This document shows positions 34,204-45,700 of a DNA stretch of 64,000 nucleotides, piece by piece; the first letter of the stretch is position 1; each line of letters starts with the position of its first letter. The position numbers and the translations under genes were made by a program. Under the pieces are notes generated by a model, which was not told the DNA's origin, did not search any database, and was given only the letters and a program-made list of their open reading frames with translations. The stretch is from Camelus dromedarius (Eukaryota). The DNA is taken from contig NC_087444.1 in NCBI RefSeq assembly GCF_036321535.1, positions 37,200,001 through 37,264,000 on the forward strand, in the 5' to 3' direction.

Positions 34204-37200
34204 ATGGTCCCTGCCTGGCTGTGGCTGCTCTGCCTCTTCGTCCCCCAGGTGAGCTGGTCCCTGTCCCTCTTCTTCCGATCCTGGCCTTGGGGGTTGGCAT
34301 CCTTGCCCCCTACTCCACCTGGACCATTTGCACTGACTATGGATGGCAGTACTTGGGGGATGGAGGTTAGAGCTGTCCATAGGCCTGTTGTGGGGTCAGG
34401 AGGTCAAAGGCCAGGGGGTGGATGGGCTAAGGTATGGCCAGGCCCAGGGAAGAGGCAGAAATTCCCCTTCCCTGTCAGGTCCCAGCACCCATGGCAGGAA
34501 GGTACAGCTTGGTGACATGGTGAGAACCCTCTCACAGGTTTTCCCTGAGGCCCAGCCCGCAGAGCTGTGTGTGGAAGTCCCAGAAAACTATGGTGGAAAT
34601 TTCCCTTTGTACTTGACCAAGGTAAGCCTGAAAGTTGGTTGGGCTGCCCTCCCCCAAAGTCCGGCTTCCCTTACCTCTGGCACTCCTTTCCTGCCCTGGT
34701 TTTCCTTTAATCCTGCTTTCTAGACAGGATGCAGTATAGTGTGAATGACTAATAAGATTTTAATGCCAGAAGAAAGTAGAGCTTTCAGTTAAAGAACGAA
34801 GGGGTGGCGGAGGGTTTCAAGATTCGAAAAGTAGGGCAGGGAGTATTAGGGCACATCAGGTACAGGGAAAAGAGCTCTGGCTTTGAATTCAGTCCTGTTG
34901 CTCACCCACTGGCTTTGTGATGTCAGGCAAGTGCTAGCCCTCTCTGAGCCTCAGTATCCCCACATATGAAATGGGGCCACTGGATGGAGGGGGCATCCCC
35001 CAGACCTGGCCCCCCTCCCTCACCTCTGTTCTCTCCCACCAGCTGCCGCTGCCCTGTGAGGAGGCTGAGGGCCAGCTTGTGCTGTCAGGAAACTCAAGCA
35101 CAGCAGCTGAGGGCCCCTTTGCTGTGGATCCAGAGTCTGGCTTCCTGCTGCTGACCAGAGCCCTGGACCGAGAGGAACAGGCAGAGTACCAGCTACAGGT
35201 ATGGCCAGACCAGGGGTAGAAGAAAGCAGCCAAGGCAGAGCGGGGCACTGACTACCCTTCCCTACCAGGTCACCCTGGAGGCTGAGGATGGACGTGTCCT
35301 GTGGGGCCCACAGTCTGTGCTTGTGCGTGTCAAGGATGAGAATGACCAGGTGCCCCATTTCTCCCAGGCCATCTACAAAGTTCGGCTGAGCCAGGGCACC
35401 AGGCCTGGTAAGTGCCAAAAGCAGCCACTCACAGCAAGGTCAGGTGGGCACTGGTGGGAGAGCAGAGAGTAGAGATGGCCAGAGAATTGGCATGGGGACA
35501 GGGCAGCCAGGGTCCAAGCTGCCCCTTCCCATTTCTGTCCCATCCTGCATGTCCTACTCCACTCAGGGTCCTCAGGTGAGTCCCAGCCACTTGTGGCCTC
35601 AGTTTGCTCATCTGTGAAGTGGGGTGAAAAGCCATGGCTCACCTTCAGAATCCTGATGTGATGATGGATGTGGAAGGAAAACCAGGGAGAGATACAGAAG
35701 CATGGGAGACTCTCCCACCCCTTTCACCCCTAATGATGAACCTCTCCACACACACCAGGTATCCCCTTCTTCTTCCTTGAGGCTTCAGATGGGGATGAGC
35801 CAGGCACAGCCAACTCAGATCTTCGATTCCACATCCTGAATCAGTCCCCAGCCGAGCCTTCCCCAGACATGTTCCAGCTGGAGCCTCAGCTGGGCGCTCT
35901 GGCCCTCAGCCTCAAGGGTGAGCCTGAGCTGGGTGTTATGGGGAGGGAGGGTCAGAGGAAGCTGGGGAAAGCTTCATCTGAGCTTTAGGATGGGTTGGAG
36001 CTTGAAAGATAAAGGAAGAAAGAGCATTCCAGGTGGAGAGAATAGCAAGGCAAAAAAGCCATGCTTGAACCATGTCTGGAGGCAGGGCCACACATGGAGA
36101 CTTAAGAAATGGTGTGGATGAAGTGCTTACATTCTGCAGACCCAGGCCTAAGGGGGAAGGATAGGAGAGACCTGAGGGGTTGTAGCCCAGGACACTGCTT
36201 GGACACCTTGGGACTGATGGCGGGAGACACCTGGACCTGGGAGTTCAGACCAGAGGCACAGTTTGGAGATGGAAAGAAAAGCTAATCATATACCCACTCA
36301 GCCAGCCACCATTCATCCATCTATCCAACCATCCATCCATCCTCCTACCCTCCCAAACCCCCATCCATCCACCTAGTCACCCCTCCATTTATCCAACCGG
36401 GCATTCACTCATCTACTCACCCACCCATTTGCCCCTCCCCCTATCCTAGTCATCCACCTAACCAGTCCATCAATCATTCATTGTGTGGATAGATGTGGAA
36501 ATGGCTTTGCAGACTCTCAAGTCCTGGTTGGATGCTCACAATGGTGCTAAAATTTCCTCTCATCCCTTCTCCAAGAGAGTATCCTGAACACCTGCTGTAT
36601 GCTTGGCTTTGTACCTTGCTGAGAAGGTTGCCCTGGCCCCCTGCTCAGCTGACCACCCTGCCCCTTCTAGGGAGCACCAGCCTAGACCAGGCTCTGGAGA
36701 GGCCCTATCAGCTGTTGATACAGGTCAAGGACATGGGTGACCAGGCTTCGGGCCACCAGTCTACTGCCACCATAGATGTCTCCATAGTAGAGAACACCTG
36801 GGTGCCCCTAGATCCTGTCCACCTGGCAGAGAATCTCCAAGTTCCATACCCACATCACATTGCTCAGGTGAGTAAGTGGCTGTCAGTGGCTGAAGTCACC
36901 CCATGGATGGTGCAGCTGGTTCTGAGTCTTATGGAGATTTGCAGGGTGGGTTGGGGGCCCAACTTGAGCCCTGCTCCTCTCCTACCTACGCTCCTCCCTC
37001 CACTGTCTCCATCAGTTCTCATGATGGATGGGCATTTAAGGCCCTGGGACCAGGCCCATAGCCCCTCACCTGCTATCCTTTGGCAGGCGTGGCTCTGCAC
37101 TCTGAGATCCTGAGCTGGCCCCGGGCTTCCTCAGCAGAACAGCTGCCACCTCCCTGCTGCCATGGGGATTGTCACCCTGGCCAGGAATGTCTCAGGCCTC

Positions 37201-38084
37201 CTCGAGGAATGCCTTGGGGTCAGGCCCAGCCTGAGAAGGCAGAGAATAAAACAACCTGGTCATTCAGACACTATGGGCAAGATCTAGGCTTTGACCAGGG
37301 CAAGGCCACCATGGAGTTGCCACAAGTACCCCAATCAAAAGGACCCTACCCGGACTCTAGAGAGGACAGCAACTTGCCTGGGGTCACATTGCAGCTGGGG
37401 CCCAGGCTCCCTACCTGGGAACAGTTGAAACCTAAGGGCTGACATGGGCCATTCCTGCCCATTGTCCTGGGGGGTCCTCATTCTGTGTCCCCCCCCACCA
37501 GGTACACTGGAGTGGAGGGGATGTGCATTATCACCTGGAGAGCCAGCCCCCTGGACCCTTTGATGTTCATGCGGAGGGGGAACTCTACGTGACCGGGGAG
37601 CTGGACCGAGAAGCCCAGGCTGAGGTGAGGTGAGGGGGAAGCCAGGAGGGCAGGCTGAGGGGTGCTTGGTCACTGTCCATTTGGCTTCTGGGGGTGTCAC
37701 ATTACCCACAGGCACTGAGGCAGAAGAGCTGGAACTGGCCACTAGAAGGGAACCCAGACCCAGGCCAGGCTGGAGCTGCCCTTGGTCTTCATCTGAAGCC
37801 CCCCACTGCCCATTCCAGTACCTGCTCCAGGTGTGGGCTCAGAATTCCCGTGGAGAGAACTACACAGAACCTCTGGAACTGCATGTGGTGGTCATGGATG
37901 AGAATGACAACGCACCTGTCTGTCCCCCACGTGGCCCCCCAATCAGCATCCCTGAGCTCAGCCCCCCAGGTGGGCTATGGGCCTTGTCAGGGGGTAGGGG
38001 AGGGGTGAAGTCTCTATGAACCATTCCATCTTGCTCTTCTCTGGAATGGGGCTGTCCTCAGACCCCTATAATAATGTTTCACCC

Positions 38085-38121
<37 letters not shown>

Positions 38122-41100
38122 ACAAAAGCTCAGGTTTATTCCAGCACAAAAGAAGAGTGCATGAGGTAAGGCCTTCAGGCCTGGCTGTGGTCCCACCCAG
38201 GTGGGTGCTGTCTTTACAGGCACCGAGGTGGCTAGGCTTTTGATGGAGGACTTGGATGCCCCTGGTTCCCTCAATTCCCACGTTGTGTATCTGCTGCTGA
38301 GCCCTGAGCCTGAGGAGGGGGCAGAGGGGAGAGCCTTTGAGCTGAACTCCACCTCGGGCAGTGTGACACTGGGGCCTGCCCCACTCCAAGCTGGACAGAA
38401 CGTCTTGATTCAGGTGCTGGCCATTGACCGAGGAGGAGCAGAGGATGGTAAGTGCCCTGATGGTGACCCAGGTTTCCTGTCCCTTCTATTCCTATCTTGG
38501 CCTTCCCAATATACCCTCCCCTGCCTCAGGCCTCAGCAGCACCTGTGAGATTGCTGTCATGGTCACGGACATCAATGACCACGCCCCTGAGTTCACCACT
38601 TCCCAGGTAAGTGGGAGCAGGGGAGGACACCTTGGGAAGGTGCTAATCAGGGGGCTCATAGCCCCTCTCCATCTCTCCAGATTGAGCCTGTAAGCCTCCC
38701 TGAGGACGCAGAGCCCGGGACTCTGGTGGCTACACTCATGGCCACTGATGCTGACCTTGAGCCTGCCTTCCGCCTCATGGACTTTGCCATTGAGGCTGGA
38801 GATGCGGGGGGGAACTTTGGCCTGGATTGGGAGCCAGACTCTGGGTATGTTCAGCTGCGACTCCTCAAGGTAAGGGGCTAGGGGTGGGGAAGGGGCATAC
38901 ACACACACACACATACACACACAAGTGTGCCATGCCCCTGCCCGCACAGTGACCCACGCCCCACTGGTTCCAGAACCTCAGCTACGAGGCAGCCCCAAGT
39001 CACAAGTTGGTAGTGGTGGTGCGGAGTGTGGCAGAGCTGGTGGGGCCAGGCCCAGGACCGGGAGCCACAGCCACTGTGACTGTACTGGTGGAAAGGGTGG
39101 TGCCACCCCCCAAGTTGGACCAGGACAGCTACGAGGTCAATGTCCCAGTCAGTGCACCAGCTGGCTCCTTCCTGTTGACCATCCGGCCCTCAGACCCCAC
39201 GAGCCGTCCCCTCAGGTAAGCCAGAGGCCCTTACTGGGCTGGACCTCCCCTGCTCCCTAGGGATGACCCCAGGGCCTCAGAGGGGACTGACATTATCTGT
39301 GGCCTGGAATATTCCTCAAACCATGGTTAATGTGAAGGTTGTGACTCCTCTGAGGAGGGGAGGTGGATCAGGGCTGGATGAACTGGACAGGGCATAGAGA
39401 TGGGTGTTTGGACCCTGTGAGAGCTCAGATAATGCCTCCCCATGCTGTCCTGGACCAGGCCGTCTTCCGATTGCCCACCCAGACTGCAGCACAGAGAAGG
39501 CTGCTCCCAGGCTCTGGCTCTATCCTGGCCCCTTTGTGGACTGACCTGGGAGTAGTGGAGATGAGTCATGCCCCCGGGCTCTGATAGTCCTTCCCTCACC
39601 CACAGTATTTGTGTTTCAAGCCCTGCCTCCCAGCAAGCCCCTGAAGCTGGGGAGTGATCATGGGCACTGCTGCTGCCCCCAAGTCCCAGGGAGAATGTGG
39701 AACTTGGGCAGGTTACACAGCCCTGGAGTTCTCTGGGCAGGACTCTGTATATGGTCCCAGTGCCTCCCTGACCCCCGCCCCCATCTTTTCTGGGCCTCAG
39801 GTTCTCCCTGGTCAATGACTCAGAGGGCTGGTTCTGCATCGAGGAGTTCTCCGGGGAGGTGCACACAGCCCGGCTCCTACAGGGTGCCCGGCCTGGGGAC
39901 ATGTACACAATACTCCTGGAGGCCCAGGATGCAGGTATGGCTCGGTGGTGGTGGTGGCCTCACAGAGGGAGAGCAAACCTCAAACAGACAGGCAGACAGA
40001 TGGGCAGGACCAAGCTTCCTCTCCAGGGCTCTTGTTGGCCTCCAGTCTGCCCCAGGCAGGAGGGGTAGACCAGGGGCTGGGTCCAGTGTCCCTCTCTGAG
40101 AATGCCTGGCCTCTGCCTCCCCTCTCAGACCACCTTCCTTACTAGGCACCAGCAATCTCCCAGCTCTGCCCCTCAGCCCTGGAGGGACTGTCAGGGAATT
40201 GGCTTCAGACACAGGCTGGGAGCAGAAGGTGTGGGGCTGGGCAGGGGAACAGAGGGCCAAGAAGTGAGCCTGGATAGGACACCGATAGGTCCCAGGTGAG
40301 GACTCTGAACATCACTTTGACGGGATGAAGAGCTGGCCCAGGGGTGTGTACATCAAGGAGGTGGGTTTCAGCTCTGGGCTGGGCTGTCCTGTGATGCAGG
40401 ACCCAGCAGACCCAGTTTATCTACAGTCAGGGCATTTCCATCTTGTTGGGCCCTGGCACCAGGGGCTGATGGGGGGTGGGGTTGAGGGCAAGTTTGGCAT
40501 GTAGAAAGTCACACAAAAAAAGACCTGGCAGCTGTTTGGATAGTGAAGGGGGTGCAATGCATTGTGGGTTGAGGAGCGGGATGGAGCGGAGGGGGTGGGG
40601 CGGGAGAGGGTGTGACAAGGAACTCAGCAGGGTGAGACTGATGGGCTCTGGGGAAAGGGACCAGCTCAGGGACTCTGAATTCACTTGACCCCCATCAAGG
40701 GCCCCAGCCAGTTCAGAACTGCCTTCTCTGCAGATGAACCAATGCTGAGAACCTCTGCGACCCTCATGATCCACTTCCTGAAGGCCCCTTATGCCCCTGC
40801 CCCGACTCTGGCCCCTGTGCCCACCCGACACCTCTGCACACCCCGCCAGGACCATGGTGTGGTTGTTAGTGGATCCAGAGAGGACCCTGGCCTGGCCAGT
40901 GTGCACGGTCCCTACAGCTTTGCTCTTGGTCCCAACCCCACGGTGCAGCGGGATTGGCACCTTCAGGCTCTCAATGGTATGTGGTGAGGGAAGGAGGGAG
41001 GCTGTGGCCAAGGTAGGGGGTGGGTGACACTTGGAAGTGAGATGCCCTTCCATCATGGGGTTGGGGCTGGGCCTGGAGGAGCAGGTGAGTGACTCTGATC

Positions 41101-42541
41101 ACTGCTTATGGTTCCAACAGGGTCCCATGCCTACCTCACCCTGGGCCTTCATTGGGTGGAGCCACGCGAACACGTAGTCCCCGTGGTTGTCAGCCACAAT
41201 GCCCAGATGTGGCAGATCCAGGTCCGAGGTGAGGCGGCTGGGGTGCTGCCAAGGTCAGGGGCATGCAGGTCCTGAGGGAACCACTGGGATACAGGCGGAG
41301 GGGCTGGGTATACACACCTGCAGGCTCATATCGACAGCATATGCCTGTACACAACTGTGTGGCTGGGCACACAGACCCATGTTGCATTCCCCTGATACAC
41401 ATAAATACATACATATGCACAAAAACACACATACTAGTGCTGGGGGCTTGGAGGAGCAGGAGAGCCCTCCCCCAATGCCCTTATCTTCCTACTCTCCCTG
41501 TCCCGAGTGATCGTGTGTCGCTGCAACGTGGAGGGGCAGTGTATGCGCAAGGTGGGCCGCATGAAGGGCATGCCCACGAAAATGTCGGCGGTGGGCATCC
41601 TCGTGGGCACCCTGATAGCAATAGGTAATGGAGGCTGGGCTCCTGCTTGGGGGAGGGCAAGGGTGGTTGGAGCCACAGCCTCGGGAGAAACAGTGCCCTG
41701 ACCCCATGGTGCCTCTCAGGGCTGGAGAAGGAATCCCTTCCCCCGCCACCAACTCTCCTAGTCATTATGCTCTTGCCTCCTGTTACCATAGTCACAGCAT
41801 CCACATTGATAACAGCAATTACTGTTATATTGACCATGTATCAGGCCCTATGCCAAGCATGGTATTATTGCACTGAATCCTCCCCACAATCCTGTAAGTA
41901 GATCCTGGCATCTCTCCACTTTCCAGATGAGGCCACTGATGCTCAAAGAAGTTAAGTGACTTGTCCAAGGTTAAACAGCTAAGCTGTGGTAGAACCCAGG
42001 TCTTTCCAGCTGAATTCCTTCAACCCAAGCCTCCCTCTCCATCCCCTTTGTTTCTTTAGCCCCCTAAATTATTTCCTGGCTGGTTTTCTTTGCTGGTTCT
42101 AGTGCAATGCTACAATATGTCTTTCTCTCAGAGGTCAATGGGAATAACTCAGTGGCTCCCAGATGACACCCACCAAACTGTTCCTCAGAGAAGGGGAACT
42201 TAGAGACTGGGGTGTTTTGCTGCAGCCTCAAAGGGGCAGGGGTCTGGGGATAGCCAGGCAGGCCAAGCAGTCAGGAACCTTCAGGCACCAGGACCACAGA
42301 GTGATACCCAGTCCAGCCTCGGAGATGCTCTTTAGGAAACTTTGCTTCCTCATTAAACCAATACCAACAGCAGGGAGTCCCTGGTGATGGACAAGTCCTA
42401 TGGCCCCTTCTGAGGGCTGATCCATCCTTCTTGGGCCTCTCAGGCATCTTCCTCATCCTCATCTTCACCCACTTGACCCTCGCGAGGAAGAAGGAGCTAG
42501 ATCAGCCAGTGGATAGTGTACCCCTGAAGGTGGCAGTTTGA
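34204..42541 (+). CDS. CDH16: Cadherin-16 (Ksp-cadherin), 17 coding exons, 829 aa, intact
   Basis: Exons 34204-34248, 34538-34621, 35043-35198, 35269-35407, 35759-35917, 36671-36867, 37502-37624, 37819-37969, 38220-38447, 38530-38606, 38681-38869, 38974-39215, 39801-39934, 40734-40976, 41121-41228, 41508-41624, 42444-42541 total 2490 nt. Cadherin motifs LDRE, DENDQVP, DENDNAP, DINDHAP; TM segment and short tail ending DSVPLKVAV*. Confidence 0.97.
36290..36485. repeat. Degenerate (CCAT)n simple repeat
   Basis: cattcatccatctatccaaccatccatccatcc... array in the CDH16 intron 35918-36670. Confidence 0.8.
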
Positions 42542-42760
42542 ATGGTCCAGACATCCCCTGCCGGGAGCTCAGCCTCTGGCGCCATCTGAACACACTGGGA
42601 AAAGGTCCAGCACTCCAGGTCCATGGGGGCCGGGACAGAGCAGAAGCCCCTTCACTTGCCTTGGAGTGGAGGCAACATCACCAGACATGTCTGCAGAGCC
42701 TGCACACTGACTTAATGGGCTGCCTGTGGGAGCACTTCAAATGGCTCACGTTTGTCCAAT

Positions 42761-42766
42761 AATAAA
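42761..42766 (+). terminator. CDH16 polyadenylation signal
   Basis: AATAAA about 220 nt after the stop. Confidence 0.8.
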
Positions 42767-45700
42767 GCCTCAGAGAACTGGGCAAGGGCCCTAAGAGACT
42801 GTGCACCCACGTCCGAGTGTCCGTGTGTGTGCATATCCATGTCCACCCTCCTTTCATCCCTACCCCATCTTCTGCTGCACAAAAGGGTCTGGGAGCTTGA
42901 GGGACAAGCCTGGTATCACCTGTGGAGAAAGACATGGGGGTATCATATGGGCTCTTGGTGAGATCTTGAGGCTAGAGCAAGGTGGATCATTTCCACGGGC
43001 ATTCGGAAACCACTGGCTATAGACTTTGGATGGGTTAACTCTGTCCAGGTGATGGTTGAGGAGAGTGTCCTTGAGAGTGTCATTTCTGTGTTTGCCTGGG
43101 TATCATCTTTGTTATGGGAGGGCAGCTTGTGAGTCCACGTCCTGCGCTCATGTGTGACCACACTTGTGTCCCTATGCACAAGTCACCTACACACAGGGGA
43201 GGACAGAGGGGTCTGGGTAGGAATTATGAGGTACTCATGGGATTGGAACAGGAGAGGTGAGGCTGGGGATGGGTCCTTCTGTGCCAGTGCTGGCTCCAAG
43301 GCACACTTGGGTTTTACATACTGGTTGGTGAGCATGTGGAGAGTCCGCAAAAAATCAGAGAAGGAGACATTACTCAGATGGACACCACTGGAGTGGGACA
43401 GGAACCTTCATGGCTCACCCTGCCCTTGCCCCAGGTGAACCCCTTCCCCTGGCCCAAGATTAAGCCACAGCCCTGGTGCTGAGCCTTGACACACCTCTGG
43501 ACTGACCTCTAATCCCTGACCCTGGACTGGCCACAGACACATGCTGATCCCTCAGGCCTTCATCCCAATGGGAGCCAGGGTGGGACTTGCTGTCCCAGGC
43601 ACCCTTAGCTGGTGATGGTAAATCACGGGGAAGGGAGGAAAACAACCTCATTAGGGCCCAGGCCCTATTTTTAGGAGATAATCTCTTCCGTCTTGGCAGA
43701 TTCTATGGGATGGAGGCCAAGCCCAGCCAAGAGAGATGGGACAGGCATCCTGGCTGGCCTGGGGGAGCCTGGGAAACTCAGCCAGGATCTCCATCCCAGG
43801 GATGGACTCCAAGGCTGATCCCAGCCACTCTGGGCCCAGGTTCTCCCCATCCCCAAACTCCCCACAGGAGGCTCTGCTAACTTCTGTGGTCCAAGCAGAG
43901 CTTCCTGCCTCTATCCTAGGATCCTCTGCTTGGCTGCACCCACTCAGAAGTCTTCAGAGTGCAAAGATCTTTGAAGGCAGAACTCATCTAATCTTTCCAT
44001 CAACCTGTGAGGGTGGGATTATTGGGACCATTTTACAGTAGAGGATCTTGAAGGTCAGGGAGATAAGGGCTGCAGCTGGGAGTCCTAGAAGCAGGGCACA
44101 AGGTGAGACTCGCGGGTCAAGGTTCTTGTTACCTCTCCAGAAGTGTTCACGGCCTTCACCTGGTCTCTGCTCCCATGAGATCCCCTAGATGGGCCTTAGG
44201 GATCAACCAGGCCAGGAGCTCCTTATAAAGCTGGGAAAGTGAATGACAAAGAGGTAGAGGGACCTTCCCAAGTTCATCCAGCCAGTGAGATGCAGCACTT
44301 GAGCTGGAACCCTGGAATCCCCCATTTTCTGGGTCCTTGTTCTGGATAGATATATAGGTTGATAGGTGGGTAAGTAGATAAGTGGATGGATGAATGGGTT
44401 GATAAGCAGGTGGATGGGGCCCCAACAAAGGAAAGGATGGATGACAGGATACCAGGGCACATTAAGTCATCTATTCCAGTTTGAGAACTCCTTTCTTGGG
44501 CCTCCAGACCTCACACCACTTTCTGATCGTGGGGCTGACCACAAGATCCCCAATCCCCAGGGACACAGTCTCAGTTTTCCTGAGCATCTGTAGACAGAAG
44601 ACTCTCCTGTGATCCTTAGTCCCTTCTATAGAGGAAAGTGAGGGTCAGAGAGGAGCGTGGCTCCTCCTGGGTCTCAGAGGAAGAGAAACGGGAAGCTGGC
44701 GCTGGTTCTTGGGCTTGACGGTGAGTCAGCAAGTGCTTGTGCAGATTCATACTAGTGAGGCAGGCCTCACTCTGCAGGCAGGGCCTAGACCCTGGTAGAC
44801 CCTGCTAGGGCAAGGTAGGGGATAACCAGTGATTCAGTGTAGGCAAAAGAACATGTGATCCATGCTCTGCCTTATCCTTGCTGTGTGTTCCTAGGTGAGT
44901 TGCTTCATCTATCTGAGCCTTGGTTTACTTGTTGATAAAATGGGCCTCACTCAAATGGAATTATTGGGAGGACCACACAAGATAATCCCTGTAAAACATA
45001 TGTAGCACAATGCCAGTCATACAGCAGGAGCTCAGTGAACATGGCTTTTCCTGGTCCATGGACTCCGGTGGGGCACTTACACTCACAGGCTCTCATACAC
45101 TCCCCAGGGGCCCCATGAGGCTCCAGCCCCAACCTGGCCCTGCTGGGTGACCGTGGGCAAGACATCCCTCTCCAGCTTTGGCTCTTTGCCAGCTCCAAGG
45201 CTCTCACTGGGTGACGCTGAGGGATCTCACGGGGTTCAGACTGGTCTGAAGCTGGAGGGAATTGTGGGGTCCACCCTTGTGGGGAGCTCATACCTCCCTC
45301 TCCCAGGCCCCTTCCAGAGGCACAGGGCCAGATCAAAGAGACCCAGCACTGAGGATCGGGAGGCGGGCTCGGAAGGAATGTAAACATGAAGATATTTTTA
45401 AACTTTTTCCAGCCCCAGAGATTAGGGCTCTTAAGCAAGAGGCCCAGAGGTCAGTCTGGCCCTCACTCACAAAGAAAGAAACAGTCTTGAGACCTCAAAG
45501 ACCCCCTCCACCCCACTCTCACCCACCTATACCCATCCCAGGACTCTACCTTGGGCCTCAGGGCAGAAGTTCTACCTCTGATCTCACCTCCAGATGTCCT
45601 GTTGCTGCTGGATAGCGTGTTTCTAATGAGAGGGCCTCCTGGATGTGCGAGGACCCAAGGGATTGAGGGTTGTGGGGCCCTACCTGGCAGAGCTAGTGCT

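Noticed and set aside
36290-36485. Short repeated units as a possible CRISPR-like or structured array
   Set aside because: A degenerate CCAT simple repeat with no constant repeat-spacer period, in a mammalian intron.
40427-41056. 209-aa minus-strand ORF and other long ORFs antisense to CDH16, RRAD and CES exons
   Set aside because: Shadow ORFs of GC-rich coding and intronic sequence; no splice or domain support.
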